From assembly GCA_965112735.1 (NCBI GenBank), contig OZ218959.1, forward strand, positions 2,852,001 to 2,916,000: 64,000 nucleotides of DNA. The letters run 5' to 3'. This document shows, piece by piece, positions 13,514 through 25,206 of this stretch. This stretch comes from Phaeosaccion multiseriatum. Its lineage: Eukaryota; Protista; Ochrophyta, other classes. The notes beneath the pieces were generated by a model. That model saw nothing but the letters and a program-made list of their open reading frames with translations, had not been told where the DNA came from and searched no databases. Every line of letters begins with the position of its first letter. Position 1 is the stretch's first letter. Made by a program: the position numbers and the translations under genes.

Positions 13514-16500
13514 ATGCCTATCACAAGACTGACGCCGGAGCTGATCCAGGAGATCGTTGCCAGCTATGGTCAGATTAAGAAGTTGAACCTTTCCAGCAAT
13601 GGTAAGATAACACTTATCTAGCCAGCCCCCCTGCCGTTGTATCACGCCATCCTCCCCGTCCCCTCCTTTATCTTGAGCAAGGCGCTTCGATCCATCCGTA
13701 CCAGCTTCTTTATTTTTATCTCACGTCGTAAAACACGAGTCTTTTCCATTATGGGGCGACCACTCCGCTTGTTCAGTATTAAACCCTCGCCCCCCCCCTC
13801 TGTCCTGTACGCTTTATCCTATTGCTATGTCTTTGCAGCCATTTCTCGAGTGGAGTCTTTGGATTCACTGAGCCGTCTGCAGTCGCTCAATCTCAGCGGA
13901 AATCGCCTGGGCCTGGGGGAGAGAGCAGGGGACGGATCCGACAAGCAGGGGGAGACGAGAGCTACGCTCAAGGCAGAGGAGAAGTGGTCTCCAGGCGACG
14001 ACGACGATGGCCTGGCGCGTCTCTCGGACGTGCGCAGGCTGGTGGAGCTGAACTTGTCCGGAAACGCTATCTCCAACCTTTCTGCCCTCGCACGGGCTTC
14101 CACCTGCCTCACCCGCCTCGACCTCAGCGGCAATCATGTGACCGACCTAGGCCAGCTGAGGCACCTCTCCGCCCTCCCCTCGCTGCAGCAGTTAGTACTA
14201 CGGGGCAATCCCCTGTGTCAAACTCTGCCGCGCTACCGACAAGATGTGCTGTTTATGCTTCCGCGGCTGGTGATGTTGGACCATCTGCGTGTGGAGATGG
14301 CCGATAGACCACCGGCTTCTCAGGCTACTCAGCAGTTGAGTCGCAGCAGGGAAACCTCTAATAGCACCGTGCGAGGAGAGGCGGGAGAGGCGGAGGAGGA
14401 AGCGGAGGATGCGGAAAGGGTGAGAGAGGAAGGGAAGGCTGCTGGCGGCGGCTCTTTCAGGGCAAATCTCCCTCCTCGCTACCGCTACACCGACTCTGGT
14501 ACCACTGCTGCTGCAGCTACTGCCTCTACTAGGCCTTCCACTGCTGCACCAGCCCGAGACGGCCTCTTCCACAACACATCGAGGAGACACCAGGCGACAA
14601 GGGATGACAGTAGAGCGAGTGGATCTTTGAGTGGTCATGTGAGCAGCAGCAGCAGCAGCAGCAGCAGTAGCAGCAGTAGCAGCGATAGCAGTCGCTGTAG
14701 TAGCCGCGGGCGCAGCCGCAGGCGCAGCCGTAGCCGCAGCCGTAGCCGCAGCCGCAGCCGCAGCAGTGGGAATAGTAGCGTGAGCTGGCGAGGAGGGGCT
14801 GAGAAATGGGCTCTTGGCTCGGGCTCGGCACCACCCCCCTTACCCCCACCACCACCACCCCACCGGCGGCCGTATATGGCGTCCGCTCATCTCGAGGCGG
14901 CCACAACTGCAGCTGCACATGGGGCAAAGGGGCGGGGGACAGGGGGTGCTCAATTGCTGCAATATCAACATCAGCATCAGCATCAGTACGAGCAGCAGCA
15001 TGAGCGACTGCTCGAGCCTCAACAGAAGCAGCCACAGGAAGAGGGCGAGTCTGAAGTGGTGCTGCTGAGAAGGCAGGTGAAGGCAATGAAGGCCCTGGCG
15101 GTTCTGCAGGATCAAGCCTTGGCAACGAGCGCACGTATCCCAGGGGACGGGGGGCGGAGAGGAAGATCCGCAGAGCCTCGGGGGGCGAGGGAGAGGGTGA
15201 GAGTGTGGGACAGGAGGAAGATGTGTGCGGAGAGGAAAGTGGGAGAGCTCGATCTTGAGAGGGTGGGAGGAGGAGGAGGAGGAGGAGGAGGAGGAGGAGG
15301 AGGAGGGGGAGGAGGAGGAGGAGGAGGAGAAGAAGAAGGCAAGGCGGACGAGGATGACAACACTGACAGAGGTAAGCTTGAGAAGTTGCTCACGGCATGG
15401 AGAGCACAAGTGCTTCGGCTGCTCATGCAGCGAGAGGTGGAGCAGCTACAAAGGGAGAGCGCAGAGGAGGAGGCCCGGCTGTGCTTGGCTAGGGTAGAGG
15501 CTTCTCTTCGGCAGGCGGAGGGCCGCGCGGAGCGGGCAGAGCAGCACAATGAGGCCCTGCAGGCAGAGGTTGGGTTACTGCTGGCTGGTGTGGAGCAGTC
15601 CGGGCAGCGACAGGCAGCGGCGGAGGCACGAGTGAGCGAGCTCGAGGCGCGGGTGGTGGCGGAGGGGGAGTGGCGAGCAGCCATGTGCGAGTCCGTGCAG
15701 GCGACCCAGGGGGCGGTGGAGTCGGGCTTTTACGCACGGGAGGGTGCGCTGCTGCAGGCACTGGCGAAGTTGGAGGGCTTTGAGGCTCGCCTACGGCACG
15801 CGGGTGCGCGCGCGTCGCTCGCGGCGGTGCTCTTGCAGCGTAAGGAGGTGCAGCTGCGGAACGAGAGAGCGGCCCTGACTGCGGACCGAAGGGTGTGGAC
15901 ACATGAGCGGGAGAGGAAGGAGCTGGAGGCGATTGCCGAGGCGGCGGCAGTCGCTCGCACTGCTACTGCTGCTGCTTCTGCTGGTGCTGCTGCTACTGCT
16001 GGCGGGAGCGGCAGTGGGGGATGTGTGAAGAGGAGGAGAGCTACGAAGAGCCTCGGGGCGGGACGAGGGGAGGAGGAGGAGGAGGAGGAGGAGGAGGAGG
16101 AGGAGGAGGAGGAAGAGAGCGACGACGATGCGCGAACGGGAGGTGAGAGGGAAGGTAGGAGGAGAAGGCGAACGGTGGGCGGCGTTCCGCGACGATACGC
16201 AGCTTCTGCTGTTGGTGGTGCTGCTGGCGACGACTCCTCACTCCTTCTGCTTCGAGGACTGCGACCAGAGTGTGAAGCGGTAATGCGAGCACTGTTTTGT
16301 CAGCTCGACCGCACTGGGAAGGGTGTGGTACCGCAGAGGACGTTGATTGAAGCCATGCGGTCAGATGCGGGCATCGAGCGTGTCATGAGTGGGGCGGTAG
16401 GCAAGCGGCGCTGGCAGGCCGCTCTGGATAGGATGGAACGAGAAGGAGCGGGCACGGAGGAGGAGGAGGAGGAGGAGGAGAAGGAGGACGGGAAGGGGGA

Positions 16501-18135
16501 GGAGGAGAAGGAGCGCGATGAGGGGGGAGTGGAGGGTGGAGGAGAGATGAGACCGCAGCGAGGGGTGACATGGGGGGAGTTCTTGCTCTTCTTTGTGCCC
16601 CGCCCCAGGGGGGGAGGAGGAGGGATGCAGCAGGTCCTGACCCCAGGCGCCTCGAAGGGATACTCTGTGGTGGGGAGCGACGCTGCCTTAGTGGAGGACG
16701 ACTGGGCCCTGTTGCGGATGATTGTCCCCAAGCATATGGGCAGGAAGGTGGAATCCGTGCGCCACGGCAGCGGCAGCGGTAGTGACGGCAGTGATGCAAG
16801 CGACAACGACCGCACCGATGGCAGTCTAGGTGTGGGGAGTAGCAGCATCAGGAGGAGACGGAGGAGGAGACGCAGGGAGGGAGACCGCCACCACTCTCAT
16901 CACCCCGATCACCAGGACCATCACGACCGTCATCACACAAAGTGCAACAGCAGTGGCTTGATCAGCAGCAGCTATAGCAGCAAGGGTCTCTCGGCCTTGT
17001 CTGTGGGTCAGCTCCGGAGAGAGGTTCGGCGCCTTAGCCGAGAGCGCTCCTACCTTATGCGTCTGGTGCAGCAGGACGGAGTGGTGCGACGCTCGAGGCG
17101 TAGCGAGGTACACACGTTGTACAAGTACGAGCTGGAGAAGGTGTACGCCAACTGTGAGTCCGCTCAGCTTGCGCTCAGGGGTAGCAGACGGGAGGTGGAG
17201 CGGTGGGGTACGGAGGCACACCTGCTGCGGGACCGTGTGGACTCACTGGAGAGCGAGATGAGAGACAGGGAGGAGGCATGGCAGCACCGCTTGAGCTTGG
17301 TGGAGGGGCAGGTGAGCGAGGGAGTGTGTGGGTGTGTGGGTGTGTGGGGGTTTGTGGGTGTGCGTGTGAGTGTGTGGGTGTGCGTGCGCGTAAAGTGCGC
17401 GTATTGTTGTGCATGCGTAGGGCGTCTTGTCGTGTATAACGCTTTGGCCTCACCCACCCGGTCCCGGAAGTGAGAAATGAAAACGAAAGTTGGAAACCGA
17501 AACGATAACCACCCCCCCCCCCACACACACACACACACGCACACACACATACATTCACGTAAACAGGCACGGGAAGGCCAACAGGCCGCGTCTCGGGCCT
17601 TGGAGGCGGCCCAACAGCGAGCGAGGGAAGACCTCAGCAAGAGAGAAGCCGAACACAGCCTCCTCCGAAGGGAGCACGGCAAGGCCCTCGTGGCTCAACG
17701 CGCGATGGAGAGAGAGCTGGCAAGGGTCAAAGCCGAGGTGGAGGTGGAGGGAAGGGCGGAAAGGAGCTCTCTCCAGCAGGCACTAAGGCAGCGCGAGAAG
17801 GAGCTAGCCGCAGCACGCAGAGAGCGAAACGCGCTATTGCTCACGTTGAGGGAGCAGCGCAAGGCCGCTGGGGGCTTCAAGATGGCGGCCATGACGCCGC
17901 CCGTCAGGGGCCTGCGTGCAGGGGTTGGGGTGGGGGCAGGTGGTGATGAGGACTCGCGTCAGGAGCAGCGGCAGCAGCAGTTAGAAGTGGGGCCCAATGC
18001 AGTGAAGCTTGACGGTGACGGTGACGATGCTCCTGCTGCTTCTGCGGCTGGTGCTGCTGGTGCTGCTGGTGGTGGTGGTGGTGCTTCTATTGGAGGTGCT
18101 GACAGGAGCGACATGGACAGAGGCGGCGGAGAAGG

Positions 18136-18213
<78 letters not shown>

Positions 18214-18586
18214 ACAGCCACAGCAGCAAGGACACAGTCAAGAGCAAGGGCAAGGGCACGGGCAATGGTTATTGATCAACAAGACGGACGCGGGCCAGAT
18301 CGAGGCCCTACCCCCTCCTACTCCTCCTCCTCCTGCCGCTGCTGCTGCTGCTGCTGCTCCTTCTTCTGCTGCTGCTCAACTTGGGCCGGAGGTCGACATG
18401 GCGCGCCATCTGGACCGCCTTGCTGCGATGGCCTCCCGACTTATGCGCCGCCAGACGGGCGACGAGGAGGGGGAGGGGGAAGGGGGTGGGGGAGAGGAGG
18501 AAGGGCAGCTCGAGAGGAGGGACGGCAGGGGGGGCGAGAGGAAGGAGACAGGGGCGAGGGCGGCGGCGGCGGTGAAGGGGGATTGA
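13514..18586 (+). CDS. LRR + EF-hand-like + CCHCR1/HCR-like coiled-coil rod protein (exons 13514-13601, 13839-17311, 17567-18586)
   Basis: LxxLNLSxN repeats with an LRR cap (LRGNPLC...YRQDVLFMLPRLVMLD). Coiled-coil blocks LLTAWRAQVLRLLMQ, RREHGKALVAQRAMER and RRERNALLLTLREQ resemble CCHCR1 as recalled. Confidence 0.75.
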
Positions 18587-18895
18587 CGGCGACGACTGAA
18601 TGTGTAATGTTAAGAGTGTAGGAGAGGAGAGAATGAGGACTTAAAACTAAATGGAAATTTGTGTAATCTGTGATCTGTGGTCTCCTGTACTCACTGCGAG
18701 GGAGACAGAGGAAAGACAGACGGGAAGTACTGCTTCAGTCCCATTCAGTACCCACCCAACCAACCCAACCCAACCCGCCGCCCTCTCCAGGTTTAAGCCC
18801 AAGGTGTCTGTTCATTTTCTTCATATTTTTTCTTTAGTTTGTATTGACACTCGAGGACAGCGTCCGTGCGGGCATCATGGGCCCACACGGCGGGG

Positions 18896-19555
18896 TCAGG
18901 AAATTCCGCCTCTCACCAACTTGGTGCCGTCTCCCTGCGGGGAGAAGAGGGAGACAAACATGCCCGTTTCGCAGAGCAGTGCGATGCTCGTCGGTTCCGG
19001 CAGCCCCGTCTCCATCAGGAGCCGCGTTATCTCAGCGGTGCTGTCCTACTCGGTTTGACAGCGGCCTTGCTGAGTGAAGAGTTGTCGGTGGGGCCCAGGG
19101 GAAGATGAACACTTCGCACACGTCGGGATCGTCTATACGAGGGGATACGCCCCAACAACGTGGGCATTGCAGTTCTCTGGGTCAGTGGCCGAGGTGTCCA
19201 AAGAGAGGGCATCCACGAGGATGCCCTCTAGCTCGTCGTCGCGTACAAAGATGTCAGAGGTTCCCAATATTGCTCCTATTCCGACTGCCTTAGCGCCGTC
19301 TCTTTTGCACATATACAGCCTCGTGTGAGTCTCAGTACAGCCTCAGCCTCAGCCTCAGCCTCGAGGGTACCTTGGCGAGGGGCACACGCCGTGCAGGATG
19401 TTTTTGTGCGTACCTCCCTCCAAGGGGATAATCTGCACGCCAGTTACCTCATCGCGACGCGGAATGACACACGCTCTCTCTCGCCAAATCAAGCGAAGCG
19501 AAGGCGACCCTCCACCCCACCGCGCTTCCGCTTTCGGTGTCTCATGGGGCTCCAT
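18896..19555 (-). pseudogene. Possible decayed coding remnant
   Basis: One frame reads as protein-like (TRLYMCKRDGAKAVGIGAILG...ILVDALSLDTSATDPENCNAHVVGAY...EITRLLMETGLPEP) but contains several in-frame stops; no family assigned. Confidence 0.25.
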
Positions 19556-19660
19556 CTTTCACCACTGCTGGTGGGTGGGTGAGAGAGCCACCACACTATG
19601 GTATACCTGGGCGCATCCTATTCGGTGCGGCACAACCAAACCACCACACCCTCTCTCCCC

Positions 19661-20410
19661 TCATCCCTCCGGACCGCTTGGGGGGCCTGCTGTCGCTGCG
19701 CGCAGGAGAATGGCCCTTGTGTGGGCGGCCTTGCCGACGAATTTGTCGAAATCAGACTCTCGCAGATGAAGAAGAAGCTCCTGAGAGTCAAGCTCCTCGC
19801 CGTAGCGCTAAATGCCCAGCACTGCTGCTCCCGGTAGGGCTCTGCAAGGCAACCACACCAAGCATGGGCGGCGAGAAGCAGGCACGAATGGTGCGTGACG
19901 AGGGGAATGCAAGGTTGCGGTGGTGTGGAGGAACGGGACAGAGGTTAGCGAAAGAAAGACATCACTCTCCCCAGACACGCACCTCTGCAGCCAACCTTGG
20001 ATGAAGTCCTTCGCTGCCTCCTCTTTCGAAGAAAGGGTACTCGCTTTTGTGGCATTGGGCAGGCCCCGCGTGGTGCCACCAGCAGGTGGCGCACCGCCCC
20101 CTCCAGTCCGAACCTCTGCTCTTCCAGTGAAAAGGGACGCCTTCGTTTCCTCCAGAACTCGCTCGATGTCCCCCTTCTTCCTTCCTTCGGCCTTGACCGC
20201 GAGGTAAAATGACATGGAAGAGAGTTCCTCCAGCCCATCCTGCATTCTCTGGTGATGGGTCTTCCCATTGTCGCTTCGGAAAGTAAGGCGGGCATAGTTG
20301 CACATGATGGCTCTTTGTCGATCTGTAGGTATGAACCGACTCAGGCGGAAGCAAGCACGGTAGAGGGCGCGCACATCCCTGGCCTTTAAAGCCGCCGCCG
20401 CCGCCGCCAT
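19661..20410 (-). CDS. LYR-motif protein with a C-terminal SAM-like segment interrupted by an in-frame TAG
   Basis: MAAAAAALKARDVRALYRACFRLSRFIP...YARLTFR (LYR motif). After a GTGCGT...TTGCAG intron the frame reads RALPGAAVLGI*RYGEELDSQELLLHLRESDFDKFVGKAAHTRAILLR...PEG*, with TAG at 19808-19810 and TGA at 19661-19663. Confidence 0.65.
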
Positions 20411-20780
20411 TCTGTGCTCGGGTTTAAATGGCGTAGTAAGTCAATTATTGGTCAAGCGGGGACTTCTCTTATCCGAGAGGGGAAAAAAACAAATTCCTTC
20501 CGAGAGGGGAGAGAGAGGTCATGGGTTCAGCACTGGCGCGCTTAGAGGAGGTTTTGCGACATGTATGCTGTACCATTGTGACATTGTATACCACAATAGA
20601 GAGACATTCCTCGTTTGATTAAATTCGCCTCCAGCCGAAAGTGGGACCCCCCCACGCCGGCCCCGCTTCAACACCGAAGGGGAGGGAAGTGAAAAGCAAG
20701 GGGAAGAATGCGGAAATTTCGTTCCCTGCAGGAGCTTCCCAGCAGCACTATATGTGTATCCATTATATCAAGGGAGAAGG

Positions 20781-23700
20781 ATGGAAAATCTGCTGCTCCT
20801 CCCCTTCGCCGCTCTAGTACTTGTTCAGGTGGGTTCATATTCTTGTTTGGTGGGTAGACTGGCTCTCGTCCCTTTCTTTTCAGAGTTTGCTACAGCTGGT
20901 GCCTCCTTCTTCCTCCCCCTCTCCCCCCTCCCACGCCCCCACTTAGCTGCTTAGCTGGCTGCTGCCGTGGTCTTGTTGTCCCGTTCTTCCTAACTTACTT
21001 GGTTGGCTTAGCTACTTCGTCACCTGCGGAATTTTTTCATGGGCGGAATGATGCAGATCCAGCAAGCCCACGCTCTTACCACGGGCCCACCTCGCTCCTC
21101 CCTTTCCTCCCCACTCTTTTGCTTGTGTACTGGCTGCTCTGGTCTATTCAGCCCACGTCGGCGGGTGGGGGTCCACAGCAAGTGGCACGGGTTCTCCATT
21201 ACGACAACAACGTTGACTGCGCTGCTCGCTGCCTGGACATCAACCCAATTGAGCCGTGCTTTGCGGACCCTTCGTGCGCGGATGGGGGTAAGTACTATAG
21301 CCTGACCCTGCTGAGTGATGAGTTCTTCTTGTTGCCACCAGCCCGAGGAATGGCCTTGCTTGCTTTCCTCTCTACACCAACAACACGCAATCCTCCTCTC
21401 CCCCCCTTCCCTCAGTCAGATCAGTGTGAGTTCAGTGAACTCCTCGCCGCCCATCCTCCCCGTGCTCCTGACTGCTGCTTTCCTTCTTGTTTGCCACAGG
21501 CCTGGGGTGCAATGCTGCTGGCATAAGCCAGGAATGCCGCTACTGCTCGTTCGGCGACTTTGGTCCGTGTCCAGCAGATGACAATATGCCTTCGACTGCT
21601 CCACAGACAACCAGCGCTCCAATTGCCAGCGACGATGCCTGCTCCATGCTTTGCCTGGAGATACATGCACCGTCGCCCTGCGTCGTGGATCCTTCGTGTC
21701 TGGACTGTGCCAATGACGCTACTGGCTGTGAGTCTCCCTGGCCTCCCGTCGCGCCACTCTCTCCTCCTCCTCGTCGCGCTCCTCATGACCATCTCTGGCA
21801 GAGTAGATGTTCACTTGACCCTCCTTCCTTTCTCCCCTCCCGCCTTTGACCACCCTTGCTCCTCTTCTACCGCTGCGGACTTTTCTCGAAACGCGCCACA
21901 GGCCTGGGGTGCAATGCTGCTGGCATAAGCCAGGAATGCCGCTACTGCTCGTTCGGCGACTTTGATCCGTGTCCAGCAGATGACGACTCACCACCTAGTA
22001 CCACACCTCCGACTGCTCCACAGACAACAAGCGCTCCAATTGCCAGCGACGATGCCTGCTCCATGCTTTGCCTGGAGATACATGCACCGTCGCCCTGCGT
22101 CGTGGATCCTTCGTGTCTGGACTGTGCCAATGACGCTACTGGCTGTGAGTCTCCCTGGCCTCCCGTCGCGCCACTCTCTCTTCCTCCTCGTCGCGCTCCT
22201 CATGACCATCTCTGGCAGAGTAGATGTTCACCTGACCCGCCCGCCTTTCTCCCCCCCCGCCCTTGACCACCCTTGCTCCTCTCCTACCGCTGCGGACTTA
22301 CATCGAAACGCGCCGCAGGCCTGGGGTACAATGCTGCTGGCATAAGCCAGGAATGCCGCTACTGCTCATTCGGCGACTTTGGTCCGTGCCCAGACGACGA
22401 CTCACTACCTAGTACCACACCTCCGACTGCTCCACCGACTCCGGTATGTGACGTGACCAGGGAGCCCTCTTCCGCTCTCTCGTCTGCCTCATTGCCTCTC
22501 CTCTCTGCTTGTGTCTCCACTCTAACCGGTGCTATACCATGCATGCTCCCATCACCCCCTGCTCTCCCGCTGTCCTTGCTTGCTCCATCGCCTGTCTCAG
22601 GCCCCGACCACCGCCGCTCCGACCCTCGCACCAACGACCGCTGTCCCCACGACGGCACCGAGCACCACCATGGCTCCCACCTCAGCTCCGACGACTGCTG
22701 CTCCCACTGCTGCACCCACTCCGGTATGTTGTGTGGCTGTGCGTAGGGAGCAATCCTCTGGGCTCTCCTCTGCCTCGCTTGCTTGAGTCTCGACTCTGGT
22801 GATGAGTGCTTCACTATGACCCCTGTCTCCCACTGTCCTCGCTCCGTCGTCTGTCCCAGCAGGTCCCGGCCACCGCCGCTCCGACGCTCGCACCAACGAC
22901 CGCTGTCCCCACGACGGCACCGACCACCATGGCTCCGACTTCAACTCCGACGACTGCTGCTCCCACTGCTGCGCCCACTCCGGTATGTGGTGGCTGTCCG
23001 TAGGGAGCAATCCTCTGGGCTCTCCTCTGCCTCGCTTGCGTGTGTCTCGACTCTGGTGATCAGGGCTTCATCATGACCCCTTTCTCCCCTGCTCTCCCAC
23101 TGTGCTCGCTTGCTCCATCGTCTGTCTCAGGTCCCGGCCACCGCCGCTCCGACGCTCGCACCAACGACCGCTGTCCCCACGACGGCGCCGACCACCATGG
23201 CTCCGACTTCAGCTCCGACGACTGCTGCTCCCACTGCTGCACCCACTCCGGTACGTGACGTGACTTTTGTCTCTCAACTCTGGTGACAGGCAGGTGCTTA
23301 ACTTAACCATGCCTCCATCCTCCCCTGCTCGTCCACTGTCCTCGCTCCGTCGTCTGTCCCTGCAGGTCCCGGCCACCGCCGCTCCGACCCTCGCACCAAC
23401 GACCGCTGTCCCCACGACGGCGCCGACCACCATGGCTCCGACTTCAGCTCCGACGACTGCTGCTCCCACTGCTGCACCCACTCCGGTACGTGACGTGACT
23501 TTTGTCTCTCAACTCTGGTGACAGGCAGGTGCTTAACTTAACCATGCCTCCATCCTCCCCTGCTCGTCCACTGTCCTCGCTCCGTCGTCTGTCCCTGCAG
23601 GTCCCGGCCACCGCCGCTCCGACCCTCGCACCAACGACCGCTGTCCCCACGACCGCACCGACCACCATGGCTCCGACGTCAGCTCCGACGACTGCTGCTC

Positions 23701-24608
23701 CCACTGCTGCACCCACTCCGGTATGTTGTGTGGCTGTCCGTAGGGAGCAATCCTCTGCGCTCTCCTCTGCCTCGCTTGCTTGAGTCTCCACTCCGGTGAT
23801 GAGTACACCTAACTTTGTCTCTCAACTCTGGTGACAGGTGCTTAACTTAACCATGCCTCCATCCTCCCCAGCTCGTCCACTGTCCTCGCTCCGTCGTCTG
23901 TCCCTGCAGGTCCCGGCCACCGCCTCTCCGACCCTCGCACCATCCACTGCGTCCCCTAGTGCGGATGTCTTTGAGGAGGCGTGTGACTTCACTTCCGACC
24001 AAAGGTGCGAGGAGTTGGGGTTGGTTTGCTGGCCTGACACCAACACTTGCAGGCCTGGGGGTAGCCTCGGGCAGGCCTGCGAACGTGGGTCGAGGCTTGT
24101 AAATGGATACTCTCGGCGTGCAGTCGATACCTGCGAGGAGGGGCTCTTTTGCATGAGTGACACAAGCACGTGCACCCGTCCTGGCGCTCGCGGCCAGCCC
24201 TGTGATCGCCTCTATGGTGGTGAGAGGTACTCAACAAGTGTGGCGAACACGTGCCGGGAGGGATTGTTTTGTTCGTCTGACACCAACACGTGCAGCAGTC
24301 CCGGTGTCGAAGGGAGTTTGTGCCACATAACCTACAGAGGGAACTGCTGCCGTCAACCCGTAGTCCTTGCCTCTACTTGCGGACAAGGTCTGACATGCTT
24401 TTGCGAGGGAAACGAGACTCCCTGTCGCGTAGGGGTTGGCGAGGACCGGGGGCCCTATACGTGCTCGCTGGAGGGAGCCGAGGGGGACGCATGCAGAGGG
24501 GACACAAGTCCAAATGACAGCACGTGTCGTCCAGACTTGTCCTGCTCAGGGTCAGATGATGACCCACGGGTGTGCGTGGAGGACAACTACTACAACCAGT
24601 ACTTTTAG
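20781..24608 (+). CDS. Secreted Cys-rich, mucin-like (Thr/Pro/Ala) surface protein built from duplicated exons
   Basis: Signal peptide MENLLLLPFAALVLVQ; three PCxxDPSC...LG[C/Y]NAAGISQECRYCSFGDFxPCP modules; five ~40-aa PTTAAPT exons; final exon 23910-24608 with CxxGLxCxxDTxTC repeats; consistent GT-AG sites. Confidence 0.85.
22601..23945 (+). repeat. Tandem exon-plus-intron duplications (period 235-310 bp)
   Basis: Phase-0 exons at 22601-22723, 22863-22982, 23131-23250, 23366-23485 and 23601-23720, plus a partial copy from 23910; intron sequences are also near-identical. Confidence 0.95.
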
Positions 24609-24850
24609 TACATCAAATTTTTTAGGAAAGGGAAAAAGCGATGAAAGCCGAAAAACTTAATATTAAAATGGATAGGCATCTCAAAGAGCCACACGAAGAA
24701 GCTTTTTGCTACAAGTGTCCAAAATATATCGGGGGCGATAATTTGCTATTCTAACGCAAATCGAGTGACAAAATGATTGCTTGGCATCTCCCCGTTTCCT
24801 AGTAGCCTCTTCCCACACCCATCATCTCGGCATTTGTTCAGTTGGTACCG

Positions 24851-24947
24851 CGCCTCTACCATTCATTCTGTCGGCACGTCTATTTCCCCTCCTCGCCTCT
24901 ACCATTCATTCTGTCGGCACGTCTATTTCCCCTCCTCGCCTCTACCA
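24851..24947. repeat. ~43-bp tandem repeat (about 2.3 copies) between convergent genes
   Basis: CGCCTCTACCATTCATTCTGTCGGCACGTCTATTTCCCCTCCT is repeated directly. Confidence 0.85.
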
Positions 24948-25206
24948 ATCCATTGCACTTGGCCACTTGGCATGCTTTGCTGACTTACCACTCTCGTCTT
25001 CTTGAGCTGTAGTTGTCGGGCCCTCTAACCTCTACCACCACCACCTTACTCAACCTCTGTTCATTCGCCTTCTCCCACCCATGACTCTCTCGGCACCTGA
25101 CTCACTTCTCTTCCTTCATGTTCAGCTTGACCGATCCTTCACCAACCATCCTCTACACGCGTCGCCTCTTGTGAATCCGTTCACGATTCACTTTTGTCTC
25201 ACAGAA

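Noticed and set aside
19027-19810. TAG codon reassignment suggested by three in-frame TAGs
   Set aside because: The M20 peptidase, mucin, TBL1, LETM1-like, PIG-P and RibD genes all end at TAG at sensible positions.
22601-23945. Repeat-spacer (CRISPR-like) reading of the mucin array
   Set aside because: The units are exons with GT-AG introns, and the spacers are themselves repeated.
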